Shown: piece by piece, positions 19,518 through 29,481 of the stretch
How positions within the stretch are numbered: the stretch's first letter is position 1
Layout: each line of letters opens with the position of its first letter
Source of the DNA: an uncultured Gammaproteobacteria bacterium
GTDB lineage: Bacteria; Patescibacteriota; Patescibacteriia; S139-126
Length of the DNA stretch: 64,000 bases
Direction: 5' to 3'
Assembly (NCBI GenBank): GCA_964620905.1
Contig: CAZUKA010000001.1
Span: forward strand, 222,524-286,523
Position numbers and translations under genes: made by a program
Notes under the pieces: generated by a model
The model's input: only the letters and a program-made list of their open reading frames with translations
The model's database searches: none
What the model was told of the DNA's origin: nothing

Positions 19518-21278
19518 TTAATTTCCCAATATAGCTTTAATTCTTCTCACCCCAGCTGAAGAAGCTTCTTCTTTACTAATTTTAAAGCTTACTAATTCAG
19601 CTGTATTATCTACGTGCGGTCCGCCACATAATTCGCGACTAAACCAATTATCTTCATCACCAACGGTGTAAACTTTTACTTTGGCACCATACTTTTGGGT
19701 AAATAACCCCAGTGCCCCTTTTTGTTTAGCTTCTTCCACAGTCATTTCGGTCCACCAAACCTTTAGTTTTTTATTAATCTGATCATTAACAATATCTTCC
19801 ACTTGTTTGATTTGTTCTGGTGTCATTTTTTCAGGATGAGAAAAATCAAAACGCAAACGATCTTTGGTAATATTTGAACCTTTTTGGGCAACATGTTCAC
19901 CTAATACTTTTCTCAACGCTGCCTGTAATAGATGAGTGGCTGTATGCAAACGTTTTACTTCATCACTATGATCGGCAAGGCCTCCAGCAAATTTTTGTTC
20001 TCCTCCAGCTCGGGAGAGCTCTTGGTGTACTTTAATTTTTTCATAAAATGAATCCAAATCAACCTCCACACCTAAACGCTTAATCTCATCAATGGGATAA
20101 CCATAGGTAGTATAAAGTTGGAAAGCTTCTTCACCAGTCAATTTACCATCACTGATAAATTGCTGGACTTTTTTTTCTCCTTCATTTAAAACTTTACTGA
20201 ATTTTTCTTCTTCAATAGAAATTTCAGATATTATTTTTTGTTGATTTCTTGAAAGTTCCTGATAAATATCTTTCATTGTTTCAATAACCACTTTACCTAT
20301 ATTTTGTAAAAAATTATTTTCAATTCCCAATTCCCTGCCCTGTCTAATAGCTGTCCTAAGTAAGCGTCTGACCACATAACCTTGATCAACGTTTGACGGT
20401 ACTACGCCCTGATCATCACCCATAATCATTACCGCTGCCCTGACGTGGTCAGTTATGATTCTAATAGCACGAGTATTGGTTTTATCTCTGGCTAATGATT
20501 CAATTTTATTATAAATTGGTCGCAAAGTATCAACCTCATAAACATTTTTATAACCATTAAGTACTGCCACTGTCCGTTCCAAACCCATTCCAGTATCAAC
20601 ATTTTTTTGCTGAGCGGGAAGGTATTTACCTGTCTCATCTTTGTAATACTGCATGAACACGTCGTTCCAAATCTCTACCCAATTTGCTTCATCATTACCT
20701 GGATTTGATTCAAGTGGCGGTAAACCTTCACCTACCCAATAAAACATTTCGGTATCAGGACCACAGGGGCCAGTTTTGCCAGCTGGTCCCCACCAATTAT
20801 TTTTCTTCGGCAGATAAGCAATTTTGTGTTCGGGTACACCCAATGCTAACCACTTAGCAGCTGATTCCTCATCTTTTGGTGCATCTTCATCACCAATAAA
20901 TACTGAAACGGCTAATTTAACTTTATCAAGTCCAAGCCAATCAGCTGATGTTAAAAATTCCCATGAATACTCAATAGCTTCATTTTTAAAATACTCACCT
21001 AGTGACCAATTGCCAAGCATTTCAAAAAAAGTAAGATGGGTATCATCTCCCACTTCATCAATATCACCGGTACGGATACATTTTTGATAATTTACCAATT
21101 TATTACCACTAGGGTGTTTTTCACCCATTAAATAAGGAACTAACGGGTGCATCCCCGCGGTAGTAAAAAGTACAGTTGGATCATTTTCTGGCAATAAAGA
21201 GGCGCCATCAATAATAACGTGATTTTTACTCACAAAAAAATCCAGATATTTTTGTCGTAGTTCTTTGGTAGTTATCAT
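19518..21278 (-). CDS. alaS: Alanyl-tRNA synthetase, compact form without C-Ala
   Basis: LFTTAGMHP, HLTFFEMLGNWS, EIWNDVFMQY, DTGMGLER, editing HTATH and CGGPH, ending GVRRIKA. Confidence 0.96.
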   Translation of the reverse strand: MITTKELRQKYLDFFVSKNHVIIDGASLLPENDPTVLFTTAGMHPLVPYLMGEKHPSGNKLVNYQKCIRTGDIDEVGDDTHLTFFEMLGNWSLGEYFKNEAIEYSWEFLTSADWLGLDKVKLAVSVFIGDEDAPKDEESAAKWLALGVPEHKIAYLPKKNNWWGPAGKTGPCGPDTEMFYWVGEGLPPLESNPGNDEANWVEIWNDVFMQYYKDETGKYLPAQQKNVDTGMGLERTVAVLNGYKNVYEVDTLRPIYNKIESLARDKTNTRAIRIITDHVRAAVMIMGDDQGVVPSNVDQGYVVRRLLRTAIRQGRELGIENNFLQNIGKVVIETMKDIYQELSRNQQKIISEISIEEEKFSKVLNEGEKKVQQFISDGKLTGEEAFQLYTTYGYPIDEIKRLGVEVDLDSFYEKIKVHQELSRAGGEQKFAGGLADHSDEVKRLHTATHLLQAALRKVLGEHVAQKGSNITKDRLRFDFSHPEKMTPEQIKQVEDIVNDQINKKLKVWWTEMTVEEAKQKGALGLFTQKYGAKVKVYTVGDEDNWFSRELCGGPHVDNTAELVSFKISKEEASSAGVRRIKAILGN

Positions 21279-21333
21279 TTTTCTATTATATCAGTAATTG
21301 TGATTATAAAGTTAAATTAAACGATTGGCAAAT

Positions 21334-22413
21334 TTATTTTATAATCCCTCCCCCCAAACAGACCTCACCTTGATAAAACACCACGCTTTGTCCACTAGTT
21401 ACTGCCCGTTGCGGTTGTTTAAAATTGACTACTAATTTATCTTTTTTATTATTTTTATAATCAATTTCTGCCTCTTGATCAGATTGGCGATAACGGATTT
21501 TTGCACTCAAAATCATTGGCAAATCTGGTTTAGGGATTAACCAATTTATCTGTTCAGCGATTAATGATTGTTTATAAAGTTTAGGATGATGAGCACCTTT
21601 GACCACATAAAGAATATTTTTTTTTATATCTTTAGCAACTACATACAAAGGCAGTCCAGTGCCACCAACTTTTATACCCCGTCTTTGCCCAATTGTGTAC
21701 CAAGAGAGTCCCTCGTGACGGCCAATAATCTTATTATTCTCCGCATCAATAATATTACCAGGTACAGCTTTTATATACTGGGACAAAAATAAACGTAAAT
21801 CAACCTCGCCAATAAAACATATACCTTGCGAATCTGGTTTATCTTTGGTTGGCAATTTCATCTTTTTAGCCATGGCTCTCACTTCGGGTTTATTATAATC
21901 TCCGACAGGAAATAATACCTTTTGTAAAACTTCTGGATTTATACCATACAAAAAATATGATTGATCTTTATTTTGATCTATACCTTTTAAAAGCTGAGTA
22001 GTTGATTTAATTATTTTTGTCCTGGCATAATGTCCGGTGGCAATAAAATCTGCACCTAAACTAATTGCTTGATCAAAAAATAATTTAAATTTTATTTCTG
22101 AGTTACATAAAATATCAGGGTTTGGTGTCCTGCCAGATTTGTATTCAGTAAAAAAATAATCAATCACCCGACGTTTATACTGTTGTTCAAAATTAAAAAC
22201 CTCCAAAGGAATAGATAATCTTTTAGCTACACTTTGAGCATCTTTAAAATCTTGTTGCCACGGACAGTCATCAAGCACTGCAAAACTGTCAGACCAATTC
22301 TTCATAAATACCCCGATTACTTCATAACCTTGTTTTTTTAGGAGTGCCGCAGCTACTGATGAATCAACACCACCTGACATTCCCACTACTACTTTTCCTT
22401 TTTTTCGGACCAT
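21334..22413 (-). CDS. mnmA: tRNA 2-thiouridine synthase MnmA
   Basis: SGGVDS, TPNPDILCN, ATGHYA, KDQSYFL, DSQGICF. Confidence 0.97.
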   Translation of the reverse strand: MVRKKGKVVVGMSGGVDSSVAAALLKKQGYEVIGVFMKNWSDSFAVLDDCPWQQDFKDAQSVAKRLSIPLEVFNFEQQYKRRVIDYFFTEYKSGRTPNPDILCNSEIKFKLFFDQAISLGADFIATGHYARTKIIKSTTQLLKGIDQNKDQSYFLYGINPEVLQKVLFPVGDYNKPEVRAMAKKMKLPTKDKPDSQGICFIGEVDLRLFLSQYIKAVPGNIIDAENNKIIGRHEGLSWYTIGQRRGIKVGGTGLPLYVVAKDIKKNILYVVKGAHHPKLYKQSLIAEQINWLIPKPDLPMILSAKIRYRQSDQEAEIDYKNNKKDKLVVNFKQPQRAVTSGQSVVFYQGEVCLGGGIIK

Positions 22414-22420
22414 ATGTACC

Positions 22421-23224
22421 CTACTTTAGCAAATAAACAAAAACCAAAAGTATAGTCCCCAATGCCAATCGGTACCAAACAAATATCTTTAAATTTCTAG
22501 TTGTTAAAATTTTCAACAACCAAAAAATTGCTAAATAACCGGATAAAAAACTAAAAATAAAACCAACAATAAGATTACTTATAATAATTTTTTCTGGCTG
22601 ATTGATCAATTCAAATAAATTTAAAAAACCGGCTGCGGCAATCAAGGGAATGCTCATAATAAAACTAAATCTAGCTGCCAATGATCTAGATAATGATTGA
22701 AATAAACCAGCAGTAATAGTGATACCACTCCGTGAAGTCCCGGGTAGTAAGCTTAGTACTTGGAAAAAACCAATTATTAAACCTTGACGCCAATTTAACT
22801 CAGTTAATTGTTCTATTTTTTTTGGCTGCTTTTCTATATAAATATCCGACCACCACATAACTAGTGCCCAAAATATTAAATTAAAAAGTACTAAACCTGG
22901 TAATCTTAAATCTTCACTAACAAAATCTTTAATTAAAAAACCAATCAGGCCAGCCGGAATTATGCTAATTAGAACAATTAGCATAAACTTCTTACTAATT
23001 TTATCTTGGGGGTTGAACACGCCTTTAATTAAAGAGTAAATATCCTGCCGAAAATAAATTAAAACCGCTAGTAATGTACCCAAATGTAAAAATGCATCAA
23101 AAGCCAGGCCAAAATCAGGGATTTGAGTAAATTTTTGTAAAAGCAATAAATGACCAGATGATGAAATTGGTAAAAATTCAGTCACACCCTGAACTATTCC
23201 CAAAATTATTGTTTGCCACCACAT
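22421..23224 (-). CDS. uppP: Undecaprenyl-diphosphatase
   Basis: QGVTEFLPISSSGHL, PGTSRSG, AARFSF. Confidence 0.96.
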   Translation of the reverse strand: MWWQTIILGIVQGVTEFLPISSSGHLLLLQKFTQIPDFGLAFDAFLHLGTLLAVLIYFRQDIYSLIKGVFNPQDKISKKFMLIVLISIIPAGLIGFLIKDFVSEDLRLPGLVLFNLIFWALVMWWSDIYIEKQPKKIEQLTELNWRQGLIIGFFQVLSLLPGTSRSGITITAGLFQSLSRSLAARFSFIMSIPLIAAAGFLNLFELINQPEKIIISNLIVGFIFSFLSGYLAIFWLLKILTTRNLKIFVWYRLALGTILLVFVYLLK

Positions 23225-23320
23225 ATATAAAAATTTTCAAATTATATAATTTTAAATTTTTTCCAAAAAGTAACTCCTCTACCTGTTATTATTAATAAAT
23301 AAACTTAAATAAGATAAAAT

Positions 23321-24817
23321 TTATTTAATTTCAACAATCACATTTTTCTCCAATGCTTTAAGAGCGAGTTTAATCCGATCCTGACTTTGTGCATAAAAAG
23401 TAAACAATTTATCTTTTACTCTCACTTTATCCTGATAATGAACATGCATATGAATTCCTGCGATTTTATCACTAGGTGCACCTAAATTTACACAAATTTC
23501 ATTGATAGCTTTGTTATTTATAAATACTACCCGACCATTTTTCTTGGCATGAATTTCATAATTCAGTGCCCCCAGTGCCACTTCATCGGAATCAATATCG
23601 GCATTACCTCCTTGAGCAGCAATAATCTTTTTCATTTGCCTATTAGCTTCACCACTAATTAATTGACGTTGAGCAATCTTTTCTCCTTGACCCAACTTAC
23701 AGAATCCAGCTAACTCTAGTAAATAGCCAGATAGCCTAACTGCTTTCTTTTCAAGATCTACTGGTCGTAATTCTTTTTGTTGTAATACTCTTAGTACATC
23801 TCTTGCTTCCAAAGCTGGTCCAATACCTCGACCGACTGGTTCAAATGATGGAGTTCTAACAACTTTCACCTTCATACCAAACTTTTTTGCTAAATACAAA
23901 AACTTTTTTTCAATTTCATCAGCAAATTTATTTTTTGGTATTTTGGTAGTTGGTCCGATTGGTAAATCAAGAACTAAATAATCAACCCCCATAGCCACCT
24001 TTTTGGCCATAATAGAGACTATCATTTTGTCATACGGTTCAATACCCAGTGGTCTAGTTATCCGTACGATTTTATCATCGGCTGGAGCTAAATTTACCCC
24101 ACCCCCCCAAACCATACAAGCATTGACCCGTTTTACAATCTTTTTTATTTCCGTCATAGAAAATGTTACTGGAGCTAAAACTTCCATTGTATCAGCTGTT
24201 CCTGATGGAGAAGTAATCGCCCGGCTGGAAGTTTTGGGAATGTACAATCCAAGCGATGAAACAATTGGTACCACGACCATTGTAGTTCGGTTCCCTGGCA
24301 GCCCTCCAACTGAATGTTTATCAACTGCTGGTACGTTCAAATTTAGCATTTCACCTGTTTCGGCAACTGCTTTTGAAGTATAGTAAAGTTCGTCTAAGGT
24401 ATAATCACGTAAATAACTGGAAGCTACATAATAAGTTGTCTCTATTTCTGAAAATCTATCATCAACAATATCTTTAATTATTGAATAGATTTCGTCGTAA
24501 TTTAATTTTTTACCAAAAATTTTTTTTCTAATTGCCTGAATGGATGGTGGCCGCGAAACAATCTCCACTTCGACTATTTCACTATCCAGAGAAGATTTTT
24601 TATTCCATAACTCTTTAAATAAACCAACTTCACCTGGTTTTACTTTGCTGGTAGTAGTTCTAATTTCAGCAATTCTTTTTAAACGATTATTCCAGGTTAA
24701 CTGAATTCTATCACCAGCCATTACTCCATAATACTCTGCTTCCTCCTCATTTATCACTACTACTGGTTCGTTGCCAGTAGAAAAATCCAATTTTTTTGAT
24801 TTTAAGAAAAAGGACAT
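23321..24817 (-). CDS. AMP phosphorylase (archaeal-type, thymidine phosphorylase family)
   Basis: N-terminal extension of about 80 aa, DKHSVGGLPGNRTT, PKTSSRAITSPSGTAD, LAPADD, GIGPALEA. Adjacent to RuBisCO. Confidence 0.92.
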   Translation of the reverse strand: MSFFLKSKKLDFSTGNEPVVVINEEEAEYYGVMAGDRIQLTWNNRLKRIAEIRTTTSKVKPGEVGLFKELWNKKSSLDSEIVEVEIVSRPPSIQAIRKKIFGKKLNYDEIYSIIKDIVDDRFSEIETTYYVASSYLRDYTLDELYYTSKAVAETGEMLNLNVPAVDKHSVGGLPGNRTTMVVVPIVSSLGLYIPKTSSRAITSPSGTADTMEVLAPVTFSMTEIKKIVKRVNACMVWGGGVNLAPADDKIVRITRPLGIEPYDKMIVSIMAKKVAMGVDYLVLDLPIGPTTKIPKNKFADEIEKKFLYLAKKFGMKVKVVRTPSFEPVGRGIGPALEARDVLRVLQQKELRPVDLEKKAVRLSGYLLELAGFCKLGQGEKIAQRQLISGEANRQMKKIIAAQGGNADIDSDEVALGALNYEIHAKKNGRVVFINNKAINEICVNLGAPSDKIAGIHMHVHYQDKVRVKDKLFTFYAQSQDRIKLALKALEKNVIVEIK

Positions 24818-24866
24818 GTCTACAAATTATAAATTATAAATTTTAAATTATTAATAAAATAATTTA

Positions 24867-26159
24867 TTAATTTTTCACATTTTGCCAATATTCAAGAGCA
24901 GTTTTGAGTTCTGGTCTGTTTTTGGCATAAGAATGTAAGTTTGCTCCCAAAGAAGCTGCTTCAACTGCATCTCTGGCAGCTACTGCCCCTGCAAAAGAAC
25001 CATCCGGATGACCATGAATACCACCGCCAAAATTGATAATTAAATTACGGCCTAAAATTTTAATAAGTTCTGATGCTAATCCAGGATGCAAACCCCCAGA
25101 AGCGATTGGCATCACCGGTTTTATTTTTGACCAATTTTCTCGCAAGTAATCTATCTCGCCGGCATCTTCTCTTAAAAAATCATTTAGGGTATCTACTTCA
25201 TGTGCGGTTCCTTCCATTTTACCCACCACCGTTCCTGTATGTAATTGATCAATACCAGCCAATCTTGATAATTTTGCTAAAACCAACATGCTCATTCCCT
25301 GGGTTGGATCTTTGGTAAACATACTATGACCCGCTCGGTGTCCATGTAAAATCAAACCTAAATTTTGTTTTCTTATTGATTGAATAGCTGACCATCCCAT
25401 TGCCACAATATCAACCATCACTACCCGTCCGCTTCTTTTTTTAACATATTTTGCTCTTTGTAAAGCAATGTCATAAGGACCAGTGATATTGAAAACAAAA
25501 ACTTTTCTTTCACCTGTCTCTTTTTCTACTTTTTTTCTGACCGCAATCAATTTATCAACTCTTTCATAAAAATTGTTAAACGTCAGCGAAGTAAGATTTT
25601 CATCATCTTTTATTATATCCACGCCCCCCCGCCAAGTTTCATAAGCTACCGCAGCAGTTTCTGCAACATCCAAACCAACTTTTGGTTTTATAATACTTCC
25701 TACTAATGCACGATTATAAACTTTCATAATTTTTCTTATCCCCCCAATCCCATGAAATGGACCTAAACAAAAGTTAATATATTTTTTTGGAAAAGCTATA
25801 TCTTCCAGCCGCAAACGTTCCACAATTTTCATACTAAATATATTGCCACCCAAAAAAGACAATAATTGTGGTAAATTACCAATTTCCGACAGCGCCAAAG
25901 GATATGCAACTTTTATAAAACCACGCCGCTTATCGACTTCATAAACATGAGGAGTCAATTTTATTTTAGTAGCTTCAGACAATGTTTCTAAGTGCGTCCA
26001 GGTACCAATCGATGATTCTCCCGCAATCGCTTCTGCTACTGTAGTAAAGGTCTGCCCTTTAGCGGGTAAAATATGATAAGTAACTAAAAACTCCTTGTCT
26101 AAATTTGGTTTATAATGTTGATCAATAAATCCTTGGTAAGAAGTGGTAAATTTTTTCAT
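24867..26159 (-). CDS. rbcL: RuBisCO large subunit, form III-like
   Basis: 430 aa with the catalytic set intact: AGESSIGTW, GNIFSMK, IIKPK, DIIKDDE, HGHRAGH, LHTGTVVGKMEG (loop 6 Lys), ASGG, FGGGIHGHP. Confidence 0.95.
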   Translation of the reverse strand: MKKFTTSYQGFIDQHYKPNLDKEFLVTYHILPAKGQTFTTVAEAIAGESSIGTWTHLETLSEATKIKLTPHVYEVDKRRGFIKVAYPLALSEIGNLPQLLSFLGGNIFSMKIVERLRLEDIAFPKKYINFCLGPFHGIGGIRKIMKVYNRALVGSIIKPKVGLDVAETAAVAYETWRGGVDIIKDDENLTSLTFNNFYERVDKLIAVRKKVEKETGERKVFVFNITGPYDIALQRAKYVKKRSGRVVMVDIVAMGWSAIQSIRKQNLGLILHGHRAGHSMFTKDPTQGMSMLVLAKLSRLAGIDQLHTGTVVGKMEGTAHEVDTLNDFLREDAGEIDYLRENWSKIKPVMPIASGGLHPGLASELIKILGRNLIINFGGGIHGHPDGSFAGAVAARDAVEAASLGANLHSYAKNRPELKTALEYWQNVKN

Positions 26160-26767
26160 AATTTATCAATTAATTGTTTTAAATTGCTTATAACCAAATC
26201 TGCTGATATTGGTTTAATATTTGTATTATCTCGATTATACCAACAGGTTTTAAAATTTATTTTCTTGGCGGCTCTGATATTTTCTATTTTATCATCAATA
26301 AACAAAGTTCGGGAGGGATTTAGTTTATATTTTTTTATCAGTTCCCGATAAATTTTTAGATCTGGTTTTTTGACATAATATTGCCAAGAATAAACTTTGC
26401 CTAAAAAATATTTTTGGAATTTAAATCTTTTTTCTAGATACTTTGACCATTCGCGAGGAATATTTGACAAAATAAAAAGGTTTTTATTTTGTTTACGAAA
26501 TAATCTTACTACTCTATGAAAATCTTTATCTAAATAATGTCTTAGATAAAATTTTTTCTCCAAAACAGTAAATTTTTTACCAACCCCCATCAACTTCCAA
26601 AATTTTTTTTGATTAATTTTACTAAGTGCATAATCATGATAAATTTTTCGGCAATATGAATGCTGCTTGTGTTGCGGTAAAATGGGGAAAAGTATATTTC
26701 TAATATTTTGTCCTTCGGAAATAATTACTCCATAAATATCAAACACAATATTTTCTATTTCAACCAT
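26156..26767 (-). CDS. HAD-superfamily phosphatase (YihX-like, subfamily IA)
   Basis: FDIYGV, LSN, KKPD, FIDDKIENI. Overlaps both neighbours. Confidence 0.85.
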   Translation of the reverse strand: MVEIENIVFDIYGVIISEGQNIRNILFPILPQHKQHSYCRKIYHDYALSKINQKKFWKLMGVGKKFTVLEKKFYLRHYLDKDFHRVVRLFRKQNKNLFILSNIPREWSKYLEKRFKFQKYFLGKVYSWQYYVKKPDLKIYRELIKKYKLNPSRTLFIDDKIENIRAAKKINFKTCWYNRDNTNIKPISADLVISNLKQLIDKL

Positions 26768-27681
26768 AAATATCTTTTTACAATGCTGGCTACTTGTTTT
26801 GGTTTTATCACGCCAAACTCTGTAATTAGACCACTGATCAACTTTGCTGGTACCCGATCAAAAGCGTAGTTCAATATTCGCACTTGCGCAGGTTTATTTG
26901 GCCAAATTTCTTTGTCTGATCTCATTTCAATTTTTACATTATTATGGTAGTCAAACTTCAATAAGCTGGTGGCAACAAAAAACGGTATTTTATTTAGATA
27001 AGCACTGGCCGCAATATCATAAGTTCCAATTTTATTGATAATACTACCATCTTTTTTTATAGCATCCGCTCCCACCACTATAGCTTGTATCATTAAATCT
27101 TTTCCAGAATATGGTGAGATTAAAAAACCACTCGCGCTATCTGCAAGCTGAGTAACAGGTATGTTTAAACGAATTAGATCTTTAGCAGTCAGTCGACCTT
27201 GGTATAAAGGTCTAGTTTCATCAGCAAAGACATGTAACTTAGGGTTTTTTTTATGTAAACTGGCAAATATTTTAACAACTATTGATGAATGACAATGGGT
27301 CAAAATATTATTGTATTTTTTCAAAGCCAAAACACCAAACTGGATTATGGAATTTTCGTTTTTTTTGATTAAGAGTTCATATTCCCCTAACCATTTTTTC
27401 AACAAAAATTTTAATTTTTTTAAATCAGTATTAGTTGGGATAGTAGAGATTTTTTGATGAAGAAATAGATATAAACTCTGGGCATACAATCCAGTCGGTC
27501 GAGCATAAGCTAAATTTTTAGTTGCTATTAAAAAATCGATTTTGAATGATTTAAAATTTTTATCAGTAGTAGTGTTGAGCAAAGACAATAATGTCTTGAT
27601 GGTTTCTTTAGCAATATTAGTTGCACCCTGAATTTCCAAATTTTTAATTTTTTTGACAACTTTGTTTATATTGATTGACAT
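26755..27681 (-). CDS. Ribose-1,5-bisphosphate isomerase (eIF2B-like)
   Basis: IQGA, ARPT, LTHCHSS (catalytic Cys), ETRP, VGADAI (catalytic Asp), NKIGT. Clustered with RuBisCO and AMP phosphorylase. Confidence 0.9.
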   Translation of the reverse strand: MSININKVVKKIKNLEIQGATNIAKETIKTLLSLLNTTTDKNFKSFKIDFLIATKNLAYARPTGLYAQSLYLFLHQKISTIPTNTDLKKLKFLLKKWLGEYELLIKKNENSIIQFGVLALKKYNNILTHCHSSIVVKIFASLHKKNPKLHVFADETRPLYQGRLTAKDLIRLNIPVTQLADSASGFLISPYSGKDLMIQAIVVGADAIKKDGSIINKIGTYDIAASAYLNKIPFFVATSLLKFDYHNNVKIEMRSDKEIWPNKPAQVRILNYAFDRVPAKLISGLITEFGVIKPKQVASIVKRYLWLK

Positions 27682-27690
27682 GTTAATAAA

Positions 27691-29478
27691 CTAAAATTTA
27701 ATCTTATCACCGGGTTTTATTTTTTTGTCCAGTTCGGTGGTGGAAACAGGAAGAGTCTTTTTTTCTTTTGCCTTGATTTGCTCTGGTTGATTTTTAACTA
27801 AAATTTCCAATCTTCCCAACGCTTCACTAAGTGAAATTTCGGCTGGAGTTTCTTTGACCACATCTTCTACTAAAATTTTTTGACGTGACGGCTGACTAGA
27901 TTTGATCGGATGGAATGATTTTTTATTTTCTATTTTTGGCCAAGTTATCAATTTTTGCTTATATAACTTTAAGCAATCTGGACAAAATACTGGTCTGATA
28001 CCATCGGGTTGAAATTTAATCTTAACTTCCTTTTGACAATTCGAGCATTGGGCTGTATAAAAATTTTCGTTTGTATTATTTTTAGTTGTTATTATTTTCT
28101 TGGTTTGCAACTTACTGTCATCAGAAAAATTTATTTGCTTATTTTTTGTTTTTACCAACTCTGAACTTTGACTAAGTTCCTCGTTATTAAAACCAGCCCA
28201 TCGCGCAATTTTGTCTTCAATAACCTCTCTTTTGGTGGCATACCTTTCTCTGGTAACTTTGATAATTTTTTCTTCGTTCAGTTGATCTTTTGGTAGTGGA
28301 GGCAAAGTTGTTGCTGAAAAAGGCGTGGAAGCAAGACCATCAATCATTAATTTCAAATAAATATCATATTTCGCCAAATTTACTAAATCTGTCTCATCAA
28401 ACGTAGGGGTAAATTCTTTTGCTAAAAATTCAGCATCATCTGCACCTACTCGAAAAGTTACTAAAGTGCCAACATTACCAAAAACCGCGTCCCGCACGCG
28501 AGTTGAATCAGTGGTTACCAATTGGGCGATATATTGATGGGCAATAATCAAATTCAGACGGTACTTTCTGGCCTCCGACAAAATATCAGCGAAAGAATTG
28601 GTTACAAAATTTTGAAATTCATCAACATACAGATAAAAGTCCTCTCGTTTATTTTCTGGTATATCTACTCTACCCATTGCTGCCATTTGGATCTTAGTTA
28701 TCATCATGGCTCCCAGTAAAGCCGAAGCGTCTTCGCCAATTCTACCCTTTGAAAGATTGAGTAATAATATTTTCTTATTGTCCATAATTTCTCGTAAATC
28801 TATGGTCGATTTAACCTGACCAACAATATTGCGAATTAACGACAAAGATAGAAACTGACCAACTTTATTTTGAATTGGTGAAATAGCTTCCACCTGAAAC
28901 TGTTGGTTATATTTGGGATATTCTTGAGTCCAAAAACTCTTTACCACCGGATCGTTTATTTTATCAACGACTTTTTTTCGATACTCTTTATCAACTAATA
29001 TTCTAGTAACACCCAATAAAGTAGCCCCGGGGTAATCAAGTAATGCCAAGATGGCATTGCGTAATAAATATTCCAGACGCGGCCCCCAGGAGTCAGCCCA
29101 TAATTTTTTAAAAATGCCAATCAATCCAGACGCTACCAGATTTTTTTGATGTGGTTCGTCGACAGATTCTAAAATATTGAAAGCTAATGGATAATCAACG
29201 TCAGATGGATTAAAATAAACTACATCATTTATTCGCTGGGCTGGTATCGCATTTAATAAATCTTCAACCAATTCCCCATGCGGATCCACCACAGCTAAAC
29301 CATTTCCATTGTAAATATCTTGAATGGCCATATTCTTCAATACTTCTGATTTACCCGAGCCAGTTTTACCAATGACATACATATGACGACGACGGTCGTC
29401 TTTTTTTATACCAAATTCGCGCGTTTGATTACGAAAATTTGTTTTAGCAAAATAAGTTATTTCTGGATGGAAATTCAT
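27691..29478 (-). CDS. VirD4/TraG/TrwB-like P-loop ATPase with a C-terminal CxxC-x17-CxxC domain
   Basis: Walker A GKTGSGKS, DPHGE, Walker B YVDEFQNF, LSEARKY, AHQY, and CSNC-x17-CPDC. Confidence 0.85.
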   Translation of the reverse strand: MNFHPEITYFAKTNFRNQTREFGIKKDDRRRHMYVIGKTGSGKSEVLKNMAIQDIYNGNGLAVVDPHGELVEDLLNAIPAQRINDVVYFNPSDVDYPLAFNILESVDEPHQKNLVASGLIGIFKKLWADSWGPRLEYLLRNAILALLDYPGATLLGVTRILVDKEYRKKVVDKINDPVVKSFWTQEYPKYNQQFQVEAISPIQNKVGQFLSLSLIRNIVGQVKSTIDLREIMDNKKILLLNLSKGRIGEDASALLGAMMITKIQMAAMGRVDIPENKREDFYLYVDEFQNFVTNSFADILSEARKYRLNLIIAHQYIAQLVTTDSTRVRDAVFGNVGTLVTFRVGADDAEFLAKEFTPTFDETDLVNLAKYDIYLKLMIDGLASTPFSATTLPPLPKDQLNEEKIIKVTRERYATKREVIEDKIARWAGFNNEELSQSSELVKTKNKQINFSDDSKLQTKKIITTKNNTNENFYTAQCSNCQKEVKIKFQPDGIRPVFCPDCLKLYKQKLITWPKIENKKSFHPIKSSQPSRQKILVEDVVKETPAEISLSEALGRLEILVKNQPEQIKAKEKKTLPVSTTELDKKIKPGDKIKF

Positions 29479-29481
29479 AAT

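Noticed and set aside
24867-26159. RuBisCO as evidence of Calvin-cycle autotrophy, or as a form IV RLP
   Set aside because: No rbcS or prk is present in the window and the neighbours are AMP-pathway enzymes. The catalytic residues are intact, unlike typical RLPs.
26755-27681. Annotation as MtnA or eIF2B
   Set aside because: The THCHS motif and the RuBisCO/AMP phosphorylase context favour R15P isomerase.
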